64,000 nucleotides of DNA, from contig JAVHPE010000177.1 of assembly GCA_036170475.1 (NCBI GenBank), positions 119,527 to 183,526 on the forward strand. The letters are read 5' to 3'. The translations under genes and the position numbers were made by a program. Shown piece by piece: positions 46,928 through 57,325 of the stretch; position 1 is the first letter of the stretch; every line of letters starts with the position of its first letter. Source of the DNA: Bacteroidia bacterium (GTDB taxonomy: Bacteria > Bacteroidota > Bacteroidia > 2-12-FULL-35-15). The notes beneath the pieces were generated by a model that saw only the letters and a program-made list of their open reading frames with translations, was not told where the DNA came from and did no database searches.

Positions 46928-48661
46928 TTAGTTTATTATCGCTTTAAAATCAGCATTATCACGGAATTTAATAAACTCGGCATCATCTTTTGCCATTGTT
47001 TTAAAGGAGGCATCTTTTTGAATAGCAGTTTTTAAATTATTCGTCAAAATATCTGCTTTATCCTGACGGGCACCCGCAATTGCTTTTAAATAAAAAGATA
47101 TTGCGGCATCTTTTTCAGTGGAGTTATCAATAGTTGACATGGCGCCATCAGGATTATTATTCAATAATTTAGCTAAAGCAGAATTGAATGTATTGTAATT
47201 ACCAAAATCAGAAATAGCAGTAGCGTAGTTACCATTTTGAATTTCGATTACACCCATATTATAGGCTACTTCCGGTCCGCCATTTGCGGCTGACTTATAA
47301 AGCTCCATTGCACCTTTGCGATCCCCTTTCCAACGGGCAACAATACCCAAATTGTTACTAACGATTGCATTGTTAGCGGAAAGGACATCTGCCTTTTTTA
47401 AATGCGTTTCAGCATCATTTAATTTATTTTGCATCAAATAAATATAACCAACATTGTTGGATGTTCTCCAATCATTAGGATATTTTGATTCCGCTTTTTT
47501 GTAGAAATCTAATTTTGTACTAATATCATTCGTTAACGTAGCGGCGTAAAGAAGTTCCTCTACCGATAACCCATCAGCGGAACCCGCAGCTAAGGTTTTA
47601 ATTTCTTCATCGGTGCGGCTTCTTTCTTCAGCATTTAATGTAAGTACCGCTCTGCGCAATTTTGGTAAAATCTTATCCGCTACTTCAAGGTATGTTTTTG
47701 ATAAGTTTTTGATTTCTTTTTCGCGGGTATCGCCATCGGGATACATCGTTAATACACGTAAAATTAAATCTTTATCGGCAATTGAAGATACTTCCATCGC
47801 TTTTTTGAAACCGTCCCAATCTTCAGCAGTAGTAACTTTATTGTAAAAACCTTCTGAAGTGGCAGCATCAACTTTCATTTTTTTATCCTTGAACATTGCC
47901 ATCATTGCTTTAGTAGCTTCTTTTGCACGGTTTTCCGCAAGGTTACCATTTAACGTTAACTCACCATCCGGAGAAGCATAAGCAGACACATTCATGTTTT
48001 TAAAGAAGAATGATTTTGAAATGCCTGTTGTTACAAAGTCTTTAAAGGCTTTCATTTCATCATTATTCATTTCCGCCGGACGAACCTGAGATTGGTTAAT
48101 TACAAAGAAAATGTTTGCTGTTTGAGAGCGAGGAACTGTTTTTGTGAAATTATCTTTCGCCATTAATGCCTTTTCATCATTTTTAACTAATAAAGAGGTA
48201 ATGATTGTTCCATCAGCTACTTTCATCGGAGGTAAATCCTTCACTTTTTTCTTTACTTGTCCTGAGGCTTTTAACTCTAAAGTTGCCACTTTCATTTCGG
48301 GTACAAAAGCAAATTTTTCAGAGGTATAAGAGAAGTTACCGCCTTTTGCGTTAGGTATTTTCTGACCGGCACCTTCCACTTTTTCTCCAATTAACACTAT
48401 TGGTTTGAGCGCTTTTTCGCCACCATTATATTTAACAACCGGAGTAGTGGTAACTACAGCTTTTTTAGGAAATATTTTTGCCGGGTAAGTGCCAGAAATA
48501 CTGACTGACATACTATCCCCAATCATTTCCATAGGATTAGGAGTAACTTTATAAGTAATTTTATCAGCATTTTTAACTAATTTACCAAGCCCGTCACAAG
48601 CGGTAAAGCCAACAACAGCGATAAACGCTAAACCAAATGTTTGCAAAGATCGATTTTTCAT
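46928..48661 (-). CDS. TPR lipoprotein with an OmpA-like central domain
   Basis: Lipobox FTAC, AYASPDG...N..LA..RA (OmpA-like), EDWDGF, LRR, C-terminal TPRs. -7 box at 48716-48723. Confidence 0.8.
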   Translation of the reverse strand: MKNRSLQTFGLAFIAVVGFTACDGLGKLVKNADKITYKVTPNPMEMIGDSMSVSISGTYPAKIFPKKAVVTTTPVVKYNGGEKALKPIVLIGEKVEGAGQKIPNAKGGNFSYTSEKFAFVPEMKVATLELKASGQVKKKVKDLPPMKVADGTIITSLLVKNDEKALMAKDNFTKTVPRSQTANIFFVINQSQVRPAEMNNDEMKAFKDFVTTGISKSFFFKNMNVSAYASPDGELTLNGNLAENRAKEATKAMMAMFKDKKMKVDAATSEGFYNKVTTAEDWDGFKKAMEVSSIADKDLILRVLTMYPDGDTREKEIKNLSKTYLEVADKILPKLRRAVLTLNAEERSRTDEEIKTLAAGSADGLSVEELLYAATLTNDISTKLDFYKKAESKYPNDWRTSNNVGYIYLMQNKLNDAETHLKKADVLSANNAIVSNNLGIVARWKGDRKGAMELYKSAANGGPEVAYNMGVIEIQNGNYATAISDFGNYNTFNSALAKLLNNNPDGAMSTIDNSTEKDAAISFYLKAIAGARQDKADILTNNLKTAIQKDASFKTMAKDDAEFIKFRDNADFKAIIN

Positions 48662-48816
48662 TTTATTTTTTGTTCTTAATGAGTTTTTTTTTATTTACTA
48701 TTCCCAACAGATGCGCAAAAATAATTAATTTTTCAACTAATCGGGGTTTTTCTGCAATTAAAAATTTAATCTGAAAAATGAAAAAGTTTTTCAGGCTCAA
48801 GCCCTTCATTAATAAT

Positions 48817-49464
48817 TTATGCTGTTATCCTTGTTATACCCTGATTGTAGGGCTGATTGATAATTTTCATGAGTTGATTATAGTCGTCATTATTATTGGC
48901 AAAGTCAACGTTATTTACATCTATTATCAGCACCCTCAGATCATTTAGCTGTTTTATAAAATCAAAATAAGTGGTTTGTACCTTCATCAGATAATCGTCG
49001 GTTATGTTTTGCTCGTAACTTCTTCCTCGTTTTTTTATATTTTCCTGCAAACGTTCCACACTATGATACAGGTATACAAACAAATCAGGTCTAGGGAGCG
49101 AATCATTGATGATATGAAAAAGTTTGGAGTACAGTCCAAATTCATCAATCCCTAAATTAGCTTTTGCAAATATCAAAGATTTTAAAAAATAATAATCCGA
49201 AACGACACCAGGTTTAAAAAGATCCTGATTGTTGAGTTCATCTTTTAATTGTTGATATCGTTCTGCCAAAAATGAAAGCTCGAGAGGGAAAGAGTATTTT
49301 TCCTGATCGGAATAAAATTTTGGTAAAAAGGGGTTTTCGGCAAATTGCTCCAAAATCAGACGTGAATTAAAATCATTCGAAAGTTTTTTTGCAAGTGTAG
49401 TTTTGCCCGCCCCAATGTTTCCTTCAATGGCGATAAAGTTATAGAATGTTTGTTTGTCAGCCAT
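48817..49464 (-). CDS. Deoxynucleoside kinase
   Basis: IAIEGNIGAGKTT, NPFL.KFY, ELSFLAERY, KRGRSYE. Confidence 0.92.
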   Translation of the reverse strand: MADKQTFYNFIAIEGNIGAGKTTLAKKLSNDFNSRLILEQFAENPFLPKFYSDQEKYSFPLELSFLAERYQQLKDELNNQDLFKPGVVSDYYFLKSLIFAKANLGIDEFGLYSKLFHIINDSLPRPDLFVYLYHSVERLQENIKKRGRSYEQNITDDYLMKVQTTYFDFIKQLNDLRVLIIDVNNVDFANNNDDYNQLMKIINQPYNQGITRITA

Positions 49465-49465
49465 T

Positions 49466-49575
49466 CAAAGTTCAAAGTTAAGAGTTCAAAGTTAAGAGTT
49501 ATGAGTTGAAGGTTGCGAGTTTTCGTATCTTTTCTTTTGATTTGTTACTCATTACTCTTAACTCATCACTCTTAA
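49466..49575. repeat. Opposed heptamer arrays between folK and the kinase gene
   Basis: ttcaaag ttcaaag ttaagag ttcaaag ttaagag ttatgag ... actcatt actctta actcatc actctta. Confidence 0.8.
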
Positions 49576-50066
49576 TTATTTAATTTAATCGGTAATACTT
49601 TTAATTCATCCATGCAATCCGAAAGCAGCGTTTTAATAGTTTTTTTTAATACCGGATGAACCAACAATGGCGCTATTTGTGCCATTGGAATTAATACAAA
49701 TCTTCGCTCCTGAATAAAAGGATGAGGGATTTTCAAATCGGGTGTGTCAATACTATCATCGTTATAAAACAAAATATCAATATCCATCGTTCGTTCCATC
49801 CACTTTTGCTGATTGCGTATACGACCCAGGACTTGTTCAATCGCTATTAATTCCTTCAATAAATCAGCGGATGTTAAAGGTGTTTGAATGCACACCGCTT
49901 GGTTTAAAAATTCAGGCTGGTTAGTATTGCCCCATGCTGCGGTTACAAAAACATCCGATTTTTCTGCAATTACCCCCACTTTTTCTGTTATTAATTGAAC
50001 TGCCTGTTGCAGATTATCGAGCACATTGCCTTTGTTCCCACCCAATATTAGGTATGCTGTATTCAT
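49572..50066 (-). CDS. folK: 2-amino-4-hydroxy-6-hydroxymethyldihydropteridine pyrophosphokinase
   Basis: AYLILGGNKG, FLNQAV, IEQ.LGR, RTMDIDIL, PHP.IQERRFVL. ATG 50066 lies just after a minus-strand TATCTTTG box (50072-50079). Confidence 0.95.
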   Translation of the reverse strand: MNTAYLILGGNKGNVLDNLQQAVQLITEKVGVIAEKSDVFVTAAWGNTNQPEFLNQAVCIQTPLTSADLLKELIAIEQVLGRIRNQQKWMERTMDIDILFYNDDSIDTPDLKIPHPFIQERRFVLIPMAQIAPLLVHPVLKKTIKTLLSDCMDELKVLPIKLNN

Positions 50067-50115
50067 TTTGACAAAGATAGAAAAATAGTTATTAATTTTT
50101 AGTGTTGCTGAAATT

Positions 50116-50242
50116 GGGGTGTACGACAAATTTCCCTTTTTTGCAATGAATCCTCAAGACCTTACCCCCTGCCCCTCTCCTTGAAAAAGGAGAGGGGCAG
50201 GGGATAGGTTTAAACTAATAAGGGAAATTTGTCGTACACCCC
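50116..50242. mobile_element. MITE-like element family C, copy 2 (127 bp, different cargo)
   Basis: Perfect 23-bp TIR ggggtgtacgacaaatttccctt. Cargo cccctgcccctctcctt-gaaa-aaggagaggggcagggg. No TSD visible. Confidence 0.85.
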
Positions 50243-50309
50243 TAGACAGGGACTTAACAAAATCAAAATTAATAACGGTACATTTGTTCTTTATAAATAT
50301 CAATACACA

Positions 50310-51554
50310 ATGATTTTTTTCGGTTTGTTTAAGGAGAGTGTTTTTTTTGCAATCAATGCGTTAGCGGTAAATAAATTGCGAACCTTTCTTTCCTTGTTAG
50401 GCATTACCATTGGTATCTTTGCCATTATTACCGTATTTACAGTGGTTGATTCACTTGAACAAAACCTTCGGAAAAGTGTGCAAAGCCTGGGAGACGATGT
50501 TGTTTTTGTTCAAAAATGGCCATGGGCTTTTGACGGGAATTACCCCTGGTGGAAATACATGAATCGCCCAGTACCGGATTATAATGAGCTGGACGAGATA
50601 ATCCGCAAATGCAATGGGGCACAATCTGCTGCATTTACTGTCAGCACACAAATAACCATCAAACACAAAAGCAATAGTATCGAAAATGTAACTATCATCT
50701 GCGCTTCTCATCAATATGAAAAAGTGAAAAACTTTGAAATAGCGGATGGTCGTTATTTTGCCGACATAGAATCATCCGCGGGTCGCCCCGTAGCCGTTAT
50801 TGGCGATGTTCTGGCAAAAGCATTATTCCCGAATCAGAGCCCTTTGGGACAGAGTGTAAAATTAAACGGAGCAAAAGTAACCGTCATTGGAGTTTTTAAA
50901 AAAGAAGGCGAAAGCATTTTGGGCGGTAGCCCGGATACCGAGGTACTTGTCCCGATAAACTATGCACGCAGCCTGATAGACATTCGTAATGAAGATATTG
51001 ACCCCTCCATTATGGTAAGAGCTAAACCAGGTGTAAGTAATGATGAATTAATAGCTGAACTTACCGGATTGATGCGTTCGATGCATAAGCTAAAGCCCTT
51101 GGTAGAAGATAATTTTTCACTGAACCAGACCAGTTTAATTTCCAAGGAATTTGATGGATTGTTCGGTATTGTTGGTATTGCCGGTTGGATCATTGGCGGA
51201 TTTTCAATTCTTGTTGGGGGATTTGGCATCGCCAATATTATGTTTGTTTCGGTTAAGGAGCGCACGAATATTATCGGTATACAAAAATCGTTGGGAGCAA
51301 AAAATTATTTTATTTTGTTGCAGTTTTTATTTGAATCCGTTTTTTTATCCTTAATTGGAGGTATTATAGGGTTGTTGATTGTTTTTGCAATTACCCTTAC
51401 AGCGGGCGATTCATTCGGCATGGAAATTACCTTGAGCAAATCAAATATAATTTTAGGATTTACTATTTCTATTTTAATTGGTGTTGTTTCGGGTTTTATT
51501 CCGGCATACAGTGCATCACAACTGGATCCTGTGGAGGCGATAAGGGCTAATTAA
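50310..51554 (+). CDS. MacB/FtsX-family ABC transporter permease
   Basis: NKLRTFLSLLGITIGI, periplasmic core domain, VGGFGIANIMFVSVKERT.IIGI.K.LGA, LDPVEAIR. TACATTTG at 50279-50286. Confidence 0.92.
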   Translation: MIFFGLFKESVFFAINALAVNKLRTFLSLLGITIGIFAIITVFTVVDSLEQNLRKSVQSLGDDVVFVQKWPWAFDGNYPWWKYMNRPVPDYNELDEIIRKCNGAQSAAFTVSTQITIKHKSNSIENVTIICASHQYEKVKNFEIADGRYFADIESSAGRPVAVIGDVLAKALFPNQSPLGQSVKLNGAKVTVIGVFKKEGESILGGSPDTEVLVPINYARSLIDIRNEDIDPSIMVRAKPGVSNDELIAELTGLMRSMHKLKPLVEDNFSLNQTSLISKEFDGLFGIVGIAGWIIGGFSILVGGFGIANIMFVSVKERTNIIGIQKSLGAKNYFILLQFLFESVFLSLIGGIIGLLIVFAITLTAGDSFGMEITLSKSNIILGFTISILIGVVSGFIPAYSASQLDPVEAIRAN

Positions 51555-51628
51555 TTTGGCGATTTTTCAATTAATCAGTGGGCAAATAAAACAATTTATC
51601 AATTTTGCAGTAGGCAAATTAGAACATA

Positions 51629-51762
51629 GTCCCCCTTATGTGTTGTTTGTGGGGAAGAGAAGGGGGGGAGCGGAGGAACGTGTGTTGCAGAGCCTGTACT
51701 GAGCGAAGTCGAAGTAGGGATGTTTTTTGATTCGTAAATTCGTAAAATTTCGTAATTCGTAG
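51629..51762. repeat. Composite repeat cluster (REP-like hairpin, ctgagcgaagtcgaag motif, TTCGTA array)
   Basis: gtccccctt...aaggggggg, gcctgtactgagcgaagtcgaagta, ttcgtaaattcgtaaaatttcgtaattcgtag. Confidence 0.65.
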
Positions 51763-51765
51763 ACA

Positions 51766-52110
51766 ATGGAATCTATCATCAGAAAGCGGCCAAAATTACT
51801 CACACTTGTTTGTGTTTTAGGGTTTATTTGGATCGTATTTAGTTTCCCCGCTGTGTTTTCTCCCTCCGTAAAAAAGCTTGGCGATTGGTATCCCGCTCTG
51901 TTTGGATTAATTGTAGCGATAAGTTTTATCTCTTATATCGGAGTATGGCACATGAAACGATGGGGTGTGAGTTTATACATTATCGCTTTTTTTATTAAGG
52001 GAATAGTTCTTATTCTTATCAATGACTTAGATTATATTGGAATAGTCTTTTCTACATTATTTATTATCACAATGGTGTTTTATTATAAACGGTTGGATGT
52101 GAATTTATAG
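51766..52110 (+). CDS. Small hypothetical membrane protein (about 4 TM)
   Basis: KRPKLLT.VCV start, hydrophobic helices, GVWHMKRWG motif. Confidence 0.7.
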   Translation: MESIIRKRPKLLTLVCVLGFIWIVFSFPAVFSPSVKKLGDWYPALFGLIVAISFISYIGVWHMKRWGVSLYIIAFFIKGIVLILINDLDYIGIVFSTLFIITMVFYYKRLDVNL

Positions 52111-52389
52111 TTGTTAATTGAGCTATCGTTTTAACCATTCATTGTATCTCTTAAAAATAAAACCAATTTTCTCAGCGCTTATCTTTGAATTGTAATTTAT
52201 CAAAATAATTGCTGTAATTTTTTTATGACCATGCAACCTTTTCATTTGAGGTGCCATCATGTTTTGTATGAAAATTTAAAAAGATAGCTTGGAATGCCTC
52301 ATTTATTTCGACTAATTGATAAAAACCAAGGTACCAAATAGCTAAATTTCATATATTTGTAAGTTAATCACAACAAAACAAAATTCATA

Positions 52390-54576
52390 ATGGTAAAATT
52401 AAAAAAATTCCATAGCTTATTTTCAGGCATTGTTTTTCTGGTTTTGATTAGTATCACTCCCATTGCTAAAGCCCAATTAATTGTTAATAACACATTAACG
52501 CCTGCCCAATTGGTGCAAACCGTATTATTAGGTAGCGGAGTTACGGCATCTAACATTACCTATAACGGAGCCCCGGTGGCTATCGGTTCATTCAATGGTG
52601 TGCCCTCAAATATTGGACTGGCAGCTGGAGTTATTATGTCTTCCGGCGATATTGCAAATGCTGTTGGACCCAATAACCAGTCTGGGGCATCAGCAGGAAA
52701 TGGTTTGCCCGGGGATCCAGATTTGGATCAGATTATGTCGCCATCATTAAGTTACGATGCTTCTGTTTTGGAGTTTGATTTTATTCCAACTTCCGATACT
52801 GTAAAATTTCGTTACGTTTTTGGTTCAGAAGAGTATATGGAATATGTAAGCCTTCCCCCTTGTAATGTTAATCCAGGTATTAACGATGGATTTGGTTTTT
52901 TTATCAGCGGACCCGGTATTACCGGCCCCTTCAGCAATAATTCAAAAAACATTGCTTTGATTCCGGGAACCACTTTGCCTGTTACTATGTGTAATCTCAA
53001 TTTGAATAATAATGGAACCTATTATTTTGATAATGGTGATGGATATGGCTCTGGAACTGCGCCTGATGGGCAAACTGTTCAATACGATGGATTTACAGTT
53101 CCGCTCACAGCAATTTCAAATGTACAATGCGGTGTAACGTATCATATAAAAATTGCTATTGCTGATGGTGGGGATGGAATTCTGGATTCCGGTGTTTTCC
53201 TTGAAGCAGGGAGTTTTGCCAGTTCCGGAAGTATTGTTTTAAGTTCGGGAACTTATTTCGGAGGAGCAATAGCTGCTGGAAATGATTCTACAATTTATGA
53301 AGGTTGTGGTTTCGCTTCTTTGTTAATTGACAGAGGAGCCAATAGCTCCACCGCTCAGACATTTTACTATTCGGTAGGTGGTACTGCTACTAATGGCGTT
53401 GATTATGATGCAATTGGTACTAGCGTTTCTTTTGCCGCAGGGCAGGATTCTGCGTATATAATCATTAACTCCCTTCCCGATGCAATAATTGAAGGTACAG
53501 AAACTGTTTTACTTTCTCTTTTTGCAACTTCGCCTTGTAATGGAAATGATACGCTGAACAAAATAATATATATTATTGATACACCTCCACTTAAAGTGAG
53601 TTTGAATGATGATACATCCTTGGTTTGTCCTTCACAAAATTTATTTTTGACAGCAACAACGGCTGGTGGTGTCGCCATTGGAGGGTATTCATATAGCTGG
53701 ACAAATTCTACCGGAACACATGATACCATTCATATTCACCCAACGGTGACCACAACTTATGTCGTAACTGTAACTGATAGCTGCGGACATACCGCATCCG
53801 ATACAAGCATTGTACATTTTATCCCTTACGTTCCCTTACAACTAACATTTAATAGTGATACCGTAATTTGCCAGGGGAATCGAATATTGCTTGATGCCAA
53901 TGTTAGTAATGGATTGCCAAGTTATTCCTATCTTTGGTCGTCCAATATTACCACGGCAGATACTATAACGGTGCAACCTGCAAGTTCAACTACATATACG
54001 CTAAAGGTAACAGATGCCTGTGGTTATTCAAAGTCAGATTCCGTAGACATCACTGTTTACCCAATAAATGCCGCATTCCAATATTCATTTACTACCAACC
54101 AAACAGTAGCATTTACTAATCTTTCAAACGGAGCGATTGCATATTACTGGAATTTTGGCGATGCCTCTGATGATTCGGTTTCAACAAGGGAAAACCCGGA
54201 ACATTTTTATATTGATGATGGCACCTATACTGTGATGATGGTTTCTGTTAATCAAAATGGCTGTGCCGATACTGCCTATGAAACAGTTACCATAATGCCC
54301 GATTTTTATTTCTATTTCCCGAATGCCTTTACACCTAACAAAAATGGCACTAATGATTTCTTTACAGGATCCGGAGCGGGTATAAAATCATATCGTATGC
54401 GCATTTTCGACCGTTGGGGACAATTAATGTTTGAGTCATCTGATATTACTATTGGCTGGGATGGGACTTATAAAGGAGCGATGATGCCTTGTGCTGTTTA
54501 TGTTTGTGCTTTTGATGTGGAAAGTTTGCGTGGGAAAAAAGTAAGGAGAATGGGAAGCGTTACGCTGGTTCATTAA
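52390..54576 (+). CDS. T9SS type-B substrate: choice-of-anchor-L-like + Calx-beta-like + PKD + CHU_C
   Basis: LEFDF.P.SDTVKFRYVFGSEEY..NDGFGFFISGPGI..YHIKIAIAD..DSGVFLEAGSF; YWNFGD; FPNAFTPN...IFDRWG..WDG. TATATTTG at 52352-52359. Confidence 0.88.
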   Translation: MVKLKKFHSLFSGIVFLVLISITPIAKAQLIVNNTLTPAQLVQTVLLGSGVTASNITYNGAPVAIGSFNGVPSNIGLAAGVIMSSGDIANAVGPNNQSGASAGNGLPGDPDLDQIMSPSLSYDASVLEFDFIPTSDTVKFRYVFGSEEYMEYVSLPPCNVNPGINDGFGFFISGPGITGPFSNNSKNIALIPGTTLPVTMCNLNLNNNGTYYFDNGDGYGSGTAPDGQTVQYDGFTVPLTAISNVQCGVTYHIKIAIADGGDGILDSGVFLEAGSFASSGSIVLSSGTYFGGAIAAGNDSTIYEGCGFASLLIDRGANSSTAQTFYYSVGGTATNGVDYDAIGTSVSFAAGQDSAYIIINSLPDAIIEGTETVLLSLFATSPCNGNDTLNKIIYIIDTPPLKVSLNDDTSLVCPSQNLFLTATTAGGVAIGGYSYSWTNSTGTHDTIHIHPTVTTTYVVTVTDSCGHTASDTSIVHFIPYVPLQLTFNSDTVICQGNRILLDANVSNGLPSYSYLWSSNITTADTITVQPASSTTYTLKVTDACGYSKSDSVDITVYPINAAFQYSFTTNQTVAFTNLSNGAIAYYWNFGDASDDSVSTRENPEHFYIDDGTYTVMMVSVNQNGCADTAYETVTIMPDFYFYFPNAFTPNKNGTNDFFTGSGAGIKSYRMRIFDRWGQLMFESSDITIGWDGTYKGAMMPCAVYVCAFDVESLRGKKVRRMGSVTLVH

Positions 54577-54697
54577 AGGCAATTGATCAATTATACAATT
54601 TTACAGTAGGCAACATATTAAAATAAATTGATAATTTCCGGTTTCTAATTTCCTGTTGTATAGTTGAAAAATTGTTTATTGAAACAATATAATTTTT

Positions 54698-57298
54698 ATG
54701 ATTTCCTCCAAAGTAGCGATAATAAGAGCTTTTCACTGTCTAATTATTTTATTTACATTTTATTCCGCCCAGGCACAATTAACAGTAAACAGCACCATGA
54801 CACCCACTCAATTGGTGCAAAATGTATTGCTGGGTAGTGGTGTTACCGCATCTAATATTACCTATAACGGATCTCCATTAGCCATTGGTTCATTCAATGG
54901 GTCGACATCAAATATTGGACTTTCTGCCGGAGTGATACTTGCTTCCGGAGACATCAACACGGCAATAGGTCCGAATAACAGTGGCAGTGCCGGGTCAAGT
55001 TTAGGAGAATCTTCAGATCCTGATCTGGACTTAATTTCAGGGAACACTACCTATGATCGCGCTGTTTTGGAATTTGATTTTGTCCCAACATCCGATACTG
55101 TAAAATTTCGCTATGTTTTCGGTTCCGAGGAGTATATGGAGTTTGTTAATGGAGGCGTAAATGATGCTTTCGGTTTTTTTATAAGTGGTCCTGGAATAAC
55201 AGGTATTTATTCAAATAATTCAAAAAATATTGCACTAATTCCCGGAACAACAACCCCTGTAACAATTGATAATGTTAACGCCAATTTGAATGGTGCTTAT
55301 TATTTTGATAATGAAAACCCTCCCGGACTAACTATCCAATACGATGGGTTTACTGTGCCATTAACAGCTATTTCTCAAGTGCAATGCGGGGAAACATATC
55401 ATATTAAAATAGCAATTGCCGATGCAGGAGATGCTGTTTGGGATTCTGGTGTGTTTTTAGAAGCAGGAAGCTTTTCAAGCCATAGCGTTAGCATTATTCC
55501 TCAGATTAGTTATGGAGGGCCGAATGATTCAACTCTTTTTGAGGGTTGTGGTGCTGCCTGTATTTATTTTGTCAGAGTTTCAAATCTTTCCAATCCGGAT
55601 ACGATTAATCTGGTAATAAGTGGAACTGCCACCAACGGTGTAGACTATTATGATAATAATGTAGGACTGGGAACACCTTTCCCAAATCAGTTAATTTTCC
55701 CGGCCGGAGAGGATTCCGTTTCTTTTTGTGTTAACGCTGTTGCTGATGGCGTTACAGAAGGCTTAGAAACATTTGAGATAACAATAACCGGGGGAGGAAG
55801 CGGATTGTGTATCCAGCAAGGATCGTCTGCGACAATTTATTTAAATGAATATTCACCGCTGACATTAACAACCAGCAATGACACAACATTATGCAATATA
55901 CTTGCTCCGATTCCATTGGTGGCCAATGTAACAGGTGGCGTGGAGCCATATACCTATTCATGGACCAATGGAGCGGGCACAGTTGCAAATCCAACAGTGA
56001 ATCCGATAACCAATACAACCTATGTAGTAACTGTTAATGATGCTTGTACCGGGTCGCCGGATCCCACTCCCGCCCTTATTGATAGTGTAACTGTTTCTCT
56101 TGTTACTATTCCTGTAATTACATCTACGGTTAGTCTGGGTGGTAGCAATGATTCTACTTTCTATGAAGGTTGCGGTCAGGCTTGTATTTATTTTGTTCGT
56201 ACTATTGATATTGCCCATCCCGCAACTTTTACTTTAAATGTTGCTGGTTCTGCAACCAATGGCAGCGACTACACACCTACATTACCTTCACAGCTTGTTT
56301 TTACAGCCGGACAGGATTCAATATTCTATTGTTTAACAGCAGTTGCGGATGGTACGGGAGAACCTGTTGAAAATGTTCTTGTGTCAATTAACATTTCAGG
56401 GGTTTGTACCCTAACCACTAATACAACACTTTACATTGCCGAACCTCCTCCGATACTATTAACGACCAATAACGATACTGTGTTAAATTGCGAAACCGGT
56501 CCGGTTAATTTATCCGTTAATGCAACTGGCGGTATTCAGCCATACACCTATCTTTGGTCAAATATTTCAGGCTCCGTTGCTTCCCAAACCGTTACACCTT
56601 CTTCAACCACCACTTACATAATCACAGTATCCGATGCCTGTAACGGGGGGGGGCCAGATCCTACTCCGGCTAATTCGGATAGCATCTTGGTAACATTAAA
56701 TATCCCCACTCCAATCATTGTTAATGCGGGAAATGATGTAGGAGCTTGTCCGGATGATGTGGTTGCATTAAATGCGACAGCAAGCGGAGGCGCACTTCCT
56801 TTGAGTTATTCCTGGACAAGTACAGGAGCCGACTCAGTAAATTCAGCAACAACATTGAATACAAGCGTAAACGCTACCACTACCACTGTATATACTCTTA
56901 CTGTTCAGGATGATTGTGGAAATACGCAGAGCGACCAGGTAGTGGTAAATGTTGAACTCAATTGCCTGTTGAATCTTCCGAATGTAATAACGCCGGATGG
57001 GAAAGGTCCTGCGCTAAACGAAACTTTTTATATTGAAAATCTCGACAGGTTTCCCGCTAGCACTCTGGCAATTTATAATCGTTGGGGAAAAAAAATTTAT
57101 GAAGCCTCAAATTACCAGAACAACTGGAACGGAAGCAAATACGAAGATGGCACGTATTATTACGTGTTAACCATACCTCCTGCCGGACAAGTATCAGCTA
57201 AAGTAAAGCCAGCAAGCGGACATCTGAGTTATAATGAAACTACTGCTGGCAGTGACAAAGTATTTGCAGGTTTTTTTCAGATTGTAAGATCGAAATAA
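54698..57298 (+). CDS. T9SS type-B substrate, paralog of the previous gene with a duplicated internal module
   Basis: Same N-domain. NDST..EGCG.ACIYFVR module occurs twice. LPNVITPDG...IYNRWG...YQNNWNG...GTYYYVL. Confidence 0.88.
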   Translation: MISSKVAIIRAFHCLIILFTFYSAQAQLTVNSTMTPTQLVQNVLLGSGVTASNITYNGSPLAIGSFNGSTSNIGLSAGVILASGDINTAIGPNNSGSAGSSLGESSDPDLDLISGNTTYDRAVLEFDFVPTSDTVKFRYVFGSEEYMEFVNGGVNDAFGFFISGPGITGIYSNNSKNIALIPGTTTPVTIDNVNANLNGAYYFDNENPPGLTIQYDGFTVPLTAISQVQCGETYHIKIAIADAGDAVWDSGVFLEAGSFSSHSVSIIPQISYGGPNDSTLFEGCGAACIYFVRVSNLSNPDTINLVISGTATNGVDYYDNNVGLGTPFPNQLIFPAGEDSVSFCVNAVADGVTEGLETFEITITGGGSGLCIQQGSSATIYLNEYSPLTLTTSNDTTLCNILAPIPLVANVTGGVEPYTYSWTNGAGTVANPTVNPITNTTYVVTVNDACTGSPDPTPALIDSVTVSLVTIPVITSTVSLGGSNDSTFYEGCGQACIYFVRTIDIAHPATFTLNVAGSATNGSDYTPTLPSQLVFTAGQDSIFYCLTAVADGTGEPVENVLVSINISGVCTLTTNTTLYIAEPPPILLTTNNDTVLNCETGPVNLSVNATGGIQPYTYLWSNISGSVASQTVTPSSTTTYIITVSDACNGGGPDPTPANSDSILVTLNIPTPIIVNAGNDVGACPDDVVALNATASGGALPLSYSWTSTGADSVNSATTLNTSVNATTTTVYTLTVQDDCGNTQSDQVVVNVELNCLLNLPNVITPDGKGPALNETFYIENLDRFPASTLAIYNRWGKKIYEASNYQNNWNGSKYEDGTYYYVLTIPPAGQVSAKVKPASGHLSYNETTAGSDKVFAGFFQIVRSK

Positions 57299-57325
57299 AT
57301 CAAACGATTAGTTTTTATCCAGAAA

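Noticed and set aside
50067-50309. ORF-track starts 'MSYTP...' for both folK (50129) and the ABC permease (50229)
   Set aside because: Both come from the TTG in the family C TIR. Promoter boxes and homology favour ATG 50066 and ATG 50310.
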